Shown: in pieces, positions 13,661-26,400 of the stretch | Position numbering within the stretch: the first letter of the stretch is position 1 | How the letters are laid out: every line of letters begins with the position of its first letter | Source of the DNA: Eledone cirrhosa | Taxonomy: Eukaryota | DNA length: 64,000 nt | NCBI GenBank assembly: GCA_964016885.1 | Contig: OZ024742.1 | Coordinates: 332,878,001 to 332,942,000, forward strand | Reading direction: 5' to 3' | The notes under the pieces: generated by a model | Seen by the model: the letters and a program-made list of their open reading frames with translations, nothing else | Databases searched by the model: none | What the model was told of the DNA's origin: nothing | Made by a program: the position numbers and the translations under genes

Positions 13661-13894
13661 CTTATATATATGAGGGAACAGGTGAAGGCTTCAAAAACAA
13701 CGTCTCTGTTCGTTCCCGTGTCGTTTTGGTTTGGATCGCCTCGAAAACTTAACCTTATTATATAATGAAGCTCTCTGATGAGATCATGGCACTGGTTGCA
13801 CGGAATTGCAGAGCCACTGTCGTCATTGATATATGTATCACAGCCTTATCAAATAGGACTTTAACATCTGCAACTACTTCGCATTTTCTTATTA

Positions 13895-14013
<119 letters not shown>

Positions 14014-14140
14014 CTTTGTATGTGTTAGAAAATATTGTTAATAAATGGAATATTTCATCACACTTAAACCACAATGCATGGCTTGTTAGTTTGTTGAGGT
14101 ACTAAATCTCACTCATTCTATATATACATATATGTATGTA

Positions 14141-14202
<62 letters not shown>

Positions 14203-14208
14203 TTATAT

Positions 14209-14314
<106 letters not shown>

Positions 14315-14904
14315 ATGTGTGTGTATTTATTTACATTGATATCATTTACATATTGTTTAACTTTTCTACTCTGGTATTCTTTCACTATTGTTTCTTCGAG
14401 TTACACTATATCGATTCATCCCATCCGGCATCACCACATATTGTGATAGACATAATGAACCTCTATCTGATATTTTCTGCTACCATTGTTTAAAGTTCCA
14501 TATGTATCCTTGTATGTTGTTTACAACAAAGATATAAAAGTAAATTTTACATTAATATTAATAGAACACTGATGACACTCAGTTGGGATTCTTTGTTTTA
14601 ATTACATAATTCGATACATATATATAAAAAAATCCCTCTATGCATAAATGATTGTCACCAGATAATGTCTGTATCCTCTAAAACATATTCCACCATATTT
14701 CCTACGACTACCATGCTATATTTTATACAAAACGAGGGATAAAAGTACAAATAGATGGACAAGAGTAAGATGAGTTAGAAACCGAAATTTGTTTCCTATT
14801 TTGTCGGAGAGAACGACCCCAAACGGAAATATGCTGGCTAAGGCGATGAAAAGCAAAGTTGTTGGAGTGAAAAGCAAAGCGTTGCAGTGTTTAACTCGAC
14901 CGTT

Positions 14905-15245
14905 TTCTCGGTAAGTTCAAATCACCGTGTGGTCTAATTTGCCTTTCATTTCGGGTTATTATTAACGTAATCAACTTTTACCTTCCACCAAATGTGTTGT
15001 CCTTATGCCTAAATTAAACATTTTTAAGGAGGTAGATTTCTAGAATCATTAAAGCGTCTGGCAAAATGCCTTGCAGCATTTAGTAACGAACCTTAACGTT
15101 CTGAGTTAAAATCCCACCAAAATCTAATTTAGCTTTCATCAACCCGGTGTCAATAAAATAAATTAATCATCAAATATTAGAGTTAAATGTAATCAACGTT
15201 GCCCTTCCCCCCAAACTTGCTTGCCTTGTGTCTAAATTAGAAATC
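14905..15245 (+). mobile_element. Two old, degenerate SINE copies in tandem
   Basis: gttcaaatcacc..tttgcctttcat..gcctaaattaaa and ctgagttaaaatccc..ctttcatc..ccttgtgtctaaattagaa. Confidence 0.6.
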
Positions 15246-17169
15246 GTCGTCAATATTAATATGCAATGAAGCGGTTGGAGGAAGGTTAAAATAGTGAGGG
15301 GTGTAATAGTAACGCTGTGATAAATAGGAACGAGAGAGAGAAGGATGTTGAAAGGAAGGAGATAGTGACGATTTGAAGCAAAGAAAAGAGAAGGCCATTT
15401 ACTTGTGTTTTGGTGGAAAGGAAATCAGCAACATTTTGTAACAAGAATAAAAAGAAAAAGAGGATGTACTGTGCTTAACCGTTCATAGAAGAGGAAATCA
15501 GAAACGCTATGACGCTGAAGTAGGGAAGGCCATTTAGTTACAGTAGGTTACTGATATAATCAAACGCACACCCTTACAACACATGATATGCTGAGAACTG
15601 CTCCTAGTAGCGACGGAGGTATGTTCGGGTGGGAAAAGCAACAACGTCAGTTAATTTTTTGTACAAATATATAATTTTTCCTCGCTAATTATTTGAATGC
15701 GCTTTAGGTTTTACCTATCCTCGACTAAAGCTAACTTTTTAAATAGAAATACGTTTCCAATTAGATTAGCTTACTCAATGAGAGTAGAGTACAGAAAGAA
15801 ATATTTAATAAGATAGAGATTTTCTTAACACAAGAAGTGTTTATTCATGAATAGTTCTACGTTAAATTCTTTGGGGTTTGGAAATTAACTGATATTTCTG
15901 ATACCAATAACTAAGGGAAACAATGTGAAAAAACTATCACTAAACCCATTGTGTATAAAGAACTATCTACTGAATGATATAAATTATGGCAACGATAATT
16001 TATGGTATAATTATTCAAATATTATAATGGTGAAATAACAAATATATGCCAGAGTAAATGTAATGTTCGCGTATCAAAAGCCATGGAATTTCCACGGGTC
16101 CAACTAGTTATTAATGTAAACTGAAATATTTTACTATCTTATAATTTTATGATAATTTTCCGATTTTTCACCCGCAATAATGTATAATTAATCAGGTGTA
16201 AAGAGAGATTTCAGTGGTTCCCGATAAACATCAAACTTTACAAATTCATCTTCCATGTTCCTATTCAGTTGCTAAGCGCATACCCCGTAATATTCTATAT
16301 TTATTTATGCGCTAAAACATAGGAAATGTTCATGACTTTAAGACAAAGGCAAGCGGTTATTGTTCATAAAGTTTTGGTGTCAATAGATTTTTAAGATTAA
16401 TTGTATGAGCATGATTCGGGGTATGAAAAATATTTTATTTAAGAAATAAATCATATAGACTGTTGCGATTTCAAAATTCTTTAATAATATAGCAATTGAT
16501 GTGTCTGCAAGTATGCACAAAAAACGAACTTCTATTCAAAACTGAAAACTGATTCAATGCAACGTTATCCATCTCCCATCCCTTTGATAGAAATTATCCA
16601 TTCTAAAACAATTAATGTAGAGGAATGGTTGTCAAATGTGTTTGCCCTGAGAAACTAATAATTGTAATAAAGAAAAAAAAAATACCGCACGTCCTATTAT
16701 TAAGGTGAAAAATATTTCAATTTCGAAATCTTGTAATTAAACTATTTTACTCTAAATGCATGCCAATGCAATTAAGATAAGAAATGACCTGGAAGACATA
16801 GTTCATATTCCAGGACTACTTCAATAGAGCAACCTTCTCAAATGCATATTCAATAATTGTTGTCACTTCAATATGAAATTTACCCCTGATCCTGGCCGCA
16901 GAGGTTTTTCATTCGATATGATAATTGTGTAATTTCAACATTAAATCTCCACAATTTGTAAGTTCCAGTCGGTTTCTCCCAAATCCCATCTTTCTTACTA
17001 ATACAACTAGTATATGTTTTCAAATTTCTGAATCATTTTCTTAAATAATCTTCAGCCACATACCCTAACTTAAGAATAACTGATGTAGAAAGACACAAAT
17101 TCTACTATAGAATTCTCCTTCCTTTTCTTTTTCTTTTTCTTCTTTTATTATTTTTTTTTTTTTTGCTCC

Positions 17170-17800
17170 TGTCAGAAACAACTGTCTCCAATTCATCCGG
17201 CTGGATCCTTAAGCGGTACCATCCGAGCTCATGGATGTGATCCAGCCAACTTGATCGGGGTCTATCACCGGATCTCCTGACGATTGGTTTTGCCCGTAAA
17301 ACCTAACCCGCGATTCTTTCCTTAGACGTTCTAATCACATAATCACATGCCCGTATTACCTACCGGAGCTGTTATCTCTCAATTCGGAGAAGTAGAGTCT
17401 CTACCTGGAGTGAATCGCTGATCTCCGAGTTACGCAGTCCATCGAATAACGTTACTCTCAAGAGCCTTCGAAGGAATGCCATTACGGCCTATTGTATTCA
17501 CGATCGTATTAGTTAGGTCATTAACTAAGATTCATGAACTCAGGTGAGGGTTGGCACGGAAAATATGTTGAAGATGGCGAATTTGGCTTTCCACCTACGT
17601 CTCTTCTGATGAGTGAATTTCTTGCACTTAATTCAGCCTCCTGCCTTCCACCACGCGTGAAAACGACTCCGAGATATTTGAATTTCTCTACCTATTTCAA
17701 TGAAACTCCACTCACATATAAATTGCACGGCGCTGGCTTCTTTGTGAGGACGAATGTTTCAGTCTACGTACCACTGACTTTCATTCCTTTGATGTAGCAT
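17170..17800 (-). mobile_element. Degenerate RTE-type LINE 3' fragment
   Basis: Minus strand reads VEKFKYLGVVFTRGGRQEAEL and VTLFDGLRNSEI..LQVETLLLRIER, typical of the RTE C-terminal region. Confidence 0.7.
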
Positions 17801-18589
17801 TCGGCCTTATTAAGAAATCTAATAGCCAGGCTAAAAGGATGTTGTTTTTTTAACCAGAAGTTTATCGTATATGCTTCATATACAACCATTTTACGATTAA
17901 CGCTATGTCCGTGCTAATATTACTGCCATTATATAATGGGATTGTCGTTTGTATAAATTATTATCGTTTTAAAAATTCAGCTAAATTTGTGTAACGAATT
18001 GATAAAGCGACTTCCTGCATGTTGAAATGCATAACTATATTGTAAGCATCTTTGTATGCATAAGCTTCGGAAGATTTTAAGTAATATTTGTATAGATTTT
18101 CTTTTCTTTGTTATCTGCATGATTTAGTCAATTTCATAATTCTGTAGAAAACCACATACTGTCAAAGAAAAGTAATGGAAAGTGTGCTCTTCGGTCATGA
18201 CTGTCAAAATATTACGAAATATTAACCATGGGCTTGCCTCTCCAAGGTACGGGCCTGGGTAAGGTGTTTTGTGGAAGACCAGCAGTCACTTCAACAAGCA
18301 AGAATAATTCTCCATACCACCGATGGTGTGTAAGGCGTAGGCAAGATCCGATATTTCTTGGTATCAGTGTCATTCCATCCTATTTCGCCAGCGCAGTAAA
18401 ATTGGGCAACGTTAAATAAAACGCCATGCTCAATGATACTAGACTATACTGTTTTTATTAAAAATCTTAAGTTATGTTATATAAAGGGGTAATATATATA
18501 ATTTTAAGAAAACCTGAGCAAAATTGAACGAACATTTAAACTCAGGCCTGGAACATACAATGTAATACGTTTCTTGCAAGTAATATGAT

Positions 18590-20260
18590 ATTTCGAGTAA
18601 TGTTGACAAACCCTATTTCGATATGTTTGCAAATATGTTGTCTGAATATTGTCATGCTTTGGAGAAAGATAGTTTGCAGGATTATCCGTATTTTCTATGC
18701 TACTGGATATGCCGACTTGCTCCTTGTGTTTCGTGGTTAACTAGTCCGATATGGTACTGTCTATCACAGTTATATCGTTGTTTCTTTTATCGCAATATCA
18801 TTCCAATCATTGCTGTTCATGTTAAGGTGTTTTAAATTATCTCTAAGGTTTCCCTGATACTGCAATAACAGTCTAAAATTACGCTGCGAATGTTCTAGTT
18901 GTCAACAAAAGATTTACTTTCAAATTCTATCATCATTCAATCGCAAAATATGACCATCTCACCCTAGTTGAGTCCTGATAAGGAAAGTTTCTGTGACAGG
19001 GATATATACACATAGACAATGTATCACTCTATTCTTCACACCTTCTTCCCACTTTATATTGTATATTTTTCTCAGGCATTTTAATTGATTGATACATTTA
19101 CGATAGGGTGTCCAAAACACTGCCATATATATTTGAGTGTTTTTAAGGAAACTGCGATTTTTATTTGAATTTTGGTTTTAATAAATACATCATGGGTATC
19201 CCAGTGTAGCTTATAGTGTTTGCTAAACGCTTATCTTACTTGCCTGTACATGTGTCAATTTCCATATCCCGATTAATATCAGTGACTGTTTATGGAGCGT
19301 TTCTTTCTGCAAACTCTCTGGACTACTACTAGGATATAGATGGAAGAGGATTTTGCTTATTCTGTATCACTTGTATGTATGCAAGAAAATAGGCAAGAAG
19401 TGTTCAGTCATCTGCCAATAGTATTTCTTTCATAGTTTGAACGGATATGCTTGTTTTAGACTTAAACCGTTGTTGATTGTAAATTCATCCAGTGGTACAA
19501 TATTCCCCGAGAAAGCCTGTAATATCACCAAATAGATTATTTATTATGAATACAAAATCCAATGCAAATAACGCTGATGTTAAACCCCACCAACGTCTTG
19601 TACTACTTGCTACTTCAAATGTCATTTAAGATGACAAATATTTTCAATAAATGTGTAGCATTGTACTAACATTTGTTATACTAACATTTGTTAGTACACC
19701 CAATCTGTGCCGAAACCTTCCATAACGCCTCATGAGATAGCATGTCTAACGACCTAGTCAATTCAACAAATACAACATTGAGATTATTTTAGTGTTCCCA
19801 AGTATTTTTCTCCATCTATCGCAAGCTAAATATAATGTAGAATTTTCCACTGGAAACCCTTGAATCACACTGGCTTTTTGAATTCTTTGCGTGCAATACG
19901 TCTATATTATTCCATTATAAATCACTCTCTAGAGGATTTTTCTAGAGATTGAAACGAGTGAAATACTACAATAGTTATCATTCAGACTTGTTACATTTAC
20001 TTTTATATAAGTATGTAACTGTAGCATCATTACATTGTTCCGAGATAAATCATGAATTCCATATATTTATTTATAGATTAGCAAGTTTTTGAGACAGAGT
20101 ATTACCAACAAACACATTTATAGGTCCCCAATAATTCCGTGTTCCGAAGGACTTTTCCATTTGATAGTTGTTTTATATATATTTTAAGTTCCACTGGAAG
20201 ATCGTACTGGTATAAGACACTGATCACAGAATTTTGAGGAAGAGTATCAATTACATTCGT
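18590..20260 (-). mobile_element. Highly degenerate RTE/BovB-like LINE RT region
   Basis: Minus-strand remnants DNYCSISL (near 19960), FVELTRSLD..SHEALWK (near 19740) and LLADD (near 19410) occur in RT motif order. Boundaries are approximate. Confidence 0.5.
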
Positions 20261-20911
20261 AATATTAAACGACCAAAGAGTGTGTTAGTGGACTTTGTTA
20301 GTGCTTCACAACAACCACACTCTCCACATAGAAAGCATTTCTTGTACTGGCGCATGGTTTTCCAAATGCCAGATAATAACCAGATTACACAGACACACAC
20401 ACACACATATATATATATATATCTTTTCACCTCTTAATTTTGTGTGTGAGACACGTTGGCTGAGACTTTTGATGGAAACGAAAAGATTGATTCTTTAGCA
20501 TCCCGCCACCACGTAAAATTTGTAAATCGGTGGCTAGTTGAGAGATAAAATCGTATCGGGTGCCAGTTGGTAATCGGTTTACCGTGTCATTCGTCACAAA
20601 CAGTCATGACTGGCTTGGACTGGTGTTCGGAATCTGTCAATCGATTGGTTATTGATTAGGCGATACCCGATGATGAAGCCGCATAAGCCGATTATGCATT
20701 GTTGCGGGTGGTGCAGTGCACTATACTGATGCATTAGTGCGACAGAAACTTCGAGTCCGAGAACCAGTATAGACACCCCTTTTACGTGTGTTGTGTTTAA
20801 GCAAATAACTATGTGTATACTCTGGGTATGTATCTTACATTGCCCATGGAGTACGCTGAGATACAACCGGTACTGGCATTAATAAATATGCTGGGTCCGT
20901 CAACTCCTTAT

Positions 20912-20974
<63 letters not shown>

Positions 20975-21265
20975 TATAAAGTAAAGCATGTCCATAGATA
21001 CATTTGATAATATATATACATCATTTCTTCTCCCAATTACCATAATTAACCACACAAAAAATCAATTAGACCAGGCTACAAGATTAAAAGGCCCCTATGA
21101 AGAAACAGTAAATAAATAAACGATAGCAGCGTCTTCGCGGCCAACCGCCATAGAATATTTACCCAACATTTCAACAGCACGCGGAAATTAATTAAATATA
21201 CGGTCAACCATACACAATTAGGTATACAATTAAAGTTAGAAATGCTTATATACATACCAGGATTA
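20975..21265. repeat. Second copy of the 11208-11497 repeat
   Basis: Direct sequence similarity; also starts right after a (TA)n tract. Confidence 0.75.
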
Positions 21266-21525
21266 AATCCCTAAATATTAAATATTAAATCCCTATATAT
21301 ATATATAATGTAATCTTTGACCCATCCGTCTGACGAAGGTCGTTCAGTTTATTTTATTACTCAATGGCCAAGAGGTACCACGTGTATATATGTACGTTCA
21401 CTATAGGAATATATATCATAAAGGTGAAATATTATCACTTAAAGTAGAATTATGCAAATAAGCAGATGCCATATATCTAATTAATTGATTAATCACTTAA
21501 ATATATACTACACCCCCTCCCCCCC

Positions 21526-21570
<45 letters not shown>

Positions 21571-21573
<3 letters not shown>

Positions 21574-23415
21574 TATAGACATAGAATATTCGAAAATATT
21601 CTGTATGTTTATAATAAACATTTTGAAGACCTAATCGCTATAGAATAGAATACGTCACGTATTACAATTAGATTCTCGATAAAAGCAAGGGAAGTAATCT
21701 ACGCGTTTCATTCTTGTTAGAAATCATCAGGACTACATATCCAGTGCTTTTATCGAGAATGACACAGCTAGAGACTTATAGAATACTTAGCTGTGTACAG
21801 GAACTGGTTTGAAAGAGCGGTTGCCGGTCCGGCAGAAATTAGAAATTGGAATAAATGCTCTGAAATAGCGATATATATGTGAATATAGACATAGAATATT
21901 CGAAAATATTCTGTATGTTTATAATAAACATTTTGAAGACCTAATCGCTATAGAATAGAATACGTCACGTATTACAATTAGATTCTCGATAAAAGCAAGG
22001 GAAGTAATCTACGCGTTTCATTCTTGTTAGAAATCATCAGGACTACATATCCAGTGCTTTTATCGAGAATGACACAGCTAGAGACTTATAGAATACTTAG
22101 CTGTGTACAGGAACTGGTTTGAAAGAGCGGTTGCCGGTCCGGCAGAAATTAGAAATTGGAATAAATGCTCTGAAATAGCGATATATATGTGAATATAGAC
22201 ATAGAATATTCGAAAATATTCTGTATGTTTATAATAAACATTTTGAAGACCTAATCGCTATAGAATAGAATACGTCACGTATTACAATTAGATTCTCGAT
22301 AAAAGCAAGGGAAGTAATCTACGCGTTTCATTCTTGTTAGAAATCATCAGGACTACATATCCAGTGCTTTTATCGAGGATGACACAGCTAGAGACTTATA
22401 GAATACTTAGCTGTGTACAGGAACTGGTTTGAAAGAGCGGTTGCCGGTCCGGCAGAAATTAGAAATTGGAATAAATGCTCTGAAATAGCGATATATATGT
22501 GAATATAGACATAGAATATTCGAAAATATTCTGTATGTTTATAATAAACATTTTGAAGACCTAATCGCTATAGAATAGAATACGTCACGTATTACAATTA
22601 GATTCTCGATAAAAGCAAGGGAAGTAATCTACGCGTTTCATTCTTGTTAGAAATCATCAGGACTACATATCCAGTGCTTTTATCGAGAATGACACAGCTA
22701 GAGACTTATAGAATACTTAGCTGTGTACAGGAACTGGTTTGAAAGAGCGGTTGCCGGTCCGGCAGAAATTAGAAATTGGAATAAATGCTCTGAAATAGCG
22801 ATATATATGTGAATATAGACATAGAATATTCGAAAATATTCTGTATGTTTATAATAAACATTTTGAAGACCTAATCGCTATAGAATAGAATACGTCACGT
22901 ATTACAATTAGATTCTCGATAAAAGCAAGGGAAGTAATCTACGCGTTTCATTCTTGTTAGAAATCATCAGGACTACATATCCAGTGCTTTTATCGAGAAT
23001 GACACAGCTAGAGACTTATAGAATACTTAGCTGTGTACAGGAACTGGTTTGAAAGAGCGGTTGCCGGTCCGGCAGAAATTAGAAATTGGAATAAATGCTC
23101 TGAAATAGCGATATATATGTGAATATAGACATAGAATATTCGAAAATATTCTGTATGTTTATAAAAAACATTTTGAAGACCTAATCGCTATAGAATAGAA
23201 TACGTCACGTATTACAATTAGATTCTCGATAAAAGCAAGGGAAGTAATCTACGCGTTTCATTCTTGTTAGAAATCATCAGGACTACATATCCAGTGCTTT
23301 TATCGAGAATGACACAGCTAGAGACTTATAGAATACTTAGCTGTGTACAGGAACTGGTTTGAAAGAGCGGTTGCCGGTCCGGCAGAAATTAGAAATTGGA
23401 ATAAATGCTCTGAAA
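21571..23415 (-). repeat. Left arm of 310-bp tandem array (about 6 units; hammerhead on minus strand)
   Basis: Unit start gaatatagacatagaatatt recurs at 21571, 21881, 22191, 22501, 22811 and 23121. Confidence 0.98.
21694..21736 (-). ncRNA. Minimal type I hammerhead ribozyme motif (representative of 6 minus-strand copies)
   Basis: Exact reverse complement of 23539-23581. Confidence 0.85.
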
Positions 23416-26400
23416 AGCATTTATTCCAATTTCTAATTTCTGCCGGACCGGCAACCGCTCTTTCAAACCAGTTCCTGTACACAGCTAAGTATTCTATAAG
23501 TCTCTAGCTGTGTCATTCTCGATAAAAGCACTGGATATGTAGTCCTGATGATTTCTAACAAGAATGAAACGCGTAGATTACTTCCCTTGCTTTTATCGAG
23601 AATCTAATTGTAATACGTGACGTATTCTATTCTATAGCGATTAGGTCTTCAAAATGTTTATTATAAACATACAGAATATTTTCGAATATTCTATGTCTAT
23701 ATTCACATATATATCGCTATTTCAGAGCATTTATTCCAATTTCTAATTTCTGCCGGACCGGCAACCGCTCTTTCAAACCAGTTCCTGTACACAGCTAAGT
23801 ATTCTATAAGTCTCTAGCTGTGTCATTCTCGATAAAAGCACTGGATATGTAGTCCTGATGATTTCTAACAAGAATGAAACGCGTAGATTACTTCCCTTGC
23901 TTTTATCGAGAATCTAATTGTAATACGTGACGTATTCTATTCTATAGCGATTAGGTCTTCAAAATGTTTATTATAAACATACAGAATATTTTCGAATATT
24001 CTATGTCTATATTCACATATATATCGCTATTTCAGAGCATTTATTCCAATTTCTAATTTCTGCCGGACCGGCAACCGCTCTTTCAAACCAGTTCCTGTAC
24101 ACAGCTAAGTATTCTATAAGTCTCTAGCTGTGTCATTCTCGATAAAAGCACTGGATATGTAGTCCTGATGATTTCTAACAAGAATGAAACGCGTAGATTA
24201 CTTCCCTTGCTTTTATCGAGAATCTAATTGTAATACGTGACGTATTCTATTCTATAGCGATTAGGTCTTCAAAATGTTTATTATAAACATACAGAATATT
24301 TTCGAATATTCTATGTCTATATTCACATATATATCGCTATTTCAGAGCATTTATTCCAATTTCTAATTTCTGCCGGACCGGCAACCGCTCTTTCAAACCA
24401 GTTCCTGTACACAGCTAAGTATTCTATAAGTCTCTAGCTGTGTCATTCTCGATAAAAGCACTGGATATGTAGTCCTGATGATTTCTAACAAGAATGAAAC
24501 GCGTAGATTACTTCCCTTGCTTTTATCGAGAATCTAATTGTAATACGTGACGTATTCTATTCTATAGCGATTAGGTCTTCAAAATGTTTATTATAAACAT
24601 ACAGAATATTTTCGAATATTCTATGTCTATATTCACATATATATCGCTATTTCAGAGCATTTATTCCAATTTCTAATTTCTGCCGGACCGGCAACCGCTC
24701 TTTCAAACCAGTTCCTGTACACAGCTAAGTATTCTATAAGTCTCTAGCTGTGTCATTCTCGATAAAAGCACTGGATATGTAGTCCTGATGATTTCTAACA
24801 AGAATGAAACGCGTAGATTACTTCCCTTGCTTTTATCGAGAATCTAATTGTAATACGTGACGTATTCTATTCTATAGCGATTAGGTCTTCAAAATGTTTA
24901 TTATAAACATACAGAATATTTTCGAATATTCTATGTCTATATTCACATATATATCGCTATTTCAGAGCATTTATTCCAATTTCTAATTTCTGCCGGACCG
25001 GCAACCGCTCTTTCAAACCAGTTCCTGTACACAGCTAAGTATTCTATAAGTCTCTAGCTGTGTCATTCTCGATAAAAGCACTGGATATGTAGTCCTGATG
25101 ATTTCTAACAAGAATGAAACGCGTAGATTACTTCCCTTGCTTTTATCGAGAATCTAATTGTAATACGTGACGTATTCTATTCTATAGCGATTAGGTCTTC
25201 AAAATGTTTATTATAAACATACAGAATATTTTCGAATATTCTATGTCTATATTCACATATATATCGCTATTTCAGAGCATTTATTCCAATTTCTAATTTC
25301 TGCCGGACCGGCAACCGCTCTTTCAAACCAGTTCCTGTACACAGCTAAGTATTCTATAAGTCTCTAGCTGTGTCATTCTCGATAAAAGCACTGGATATGT
25401 AGTCCTGATGATTTCTAACAAGAATGAAACGCGTAGATTACTTCCCTTGCTTTTATCGAGAATCTAATTGTAATACGTGACGTATTCTATTCTATAGCGA
25501 TTAGGTCTTCAAAATGTTTATTATAAACATACAGAATATTTTCGAATATTCTATGTCTATATTCACATATATATCGCTATTTCAGAGCATTTATTCCAAT
25601 TTCTAATTTCTGCCGGACCGGCAACCGCTCTTTCAAACCAGTTCCTGTACACAGCTAAGTATTCTATAAGTCTCTAGCTGTGTCATTCTCGATAAAAGCA
25701 CTGGATATGTAGTCCTGATGATTTCTAACAAGAATGAAACGCGTAGATTACTTCCCTTGCTTTTATCGAGAATCTAATTGTAATACGTGACGTATTCTAT
25801 TCTATAGCGATTAGGTCTTCAAAATGTTTATTATAAACATACAGAATATTTTCGAATATTCTATGTCTATATTCACATATATATCGCTATTTCAGACCAT
25901 TTATTCCAATTTCTAATTTCTGCCGGACCGGCAACCGCTCTTTCAAACCAGTTCCTGTACACAGCTAAGTATTCTATAAGTCTCTAGCTGTGTCATTCTC
26001 GATAAAAGCACTGGATATGTAGTCCTGATGATTTCTAACAAGAATGAAACGCGTAGATTACTTCCCTTGCTTTTATCGAGAATCTAATTGTAATACGTGA
26101 CGTATTCTATTCTATAGCGATTAGGTCTTCAAAATGTTTATTATAAACATACAGAATATTTTCGAATATTCTATGTCTATATTCACATATATATCGCTAT
26201 TTCAGAGCATTTATTCCAATTTCTAATTTCTGCCGGACCGGCAACCGCTCTTTCAAACCAGTTCCTGTACACAGCTAAGTATTCTATAAGTCTCTAGCTG
26301 TGTCATTCTCGATAAAAAGCACTGGATATGTAGTCCTGATGATTTCTAACAAGAATGAAACGCGTAGATTACTTCCCTTGCTTTTATCGAGAATCTAATT

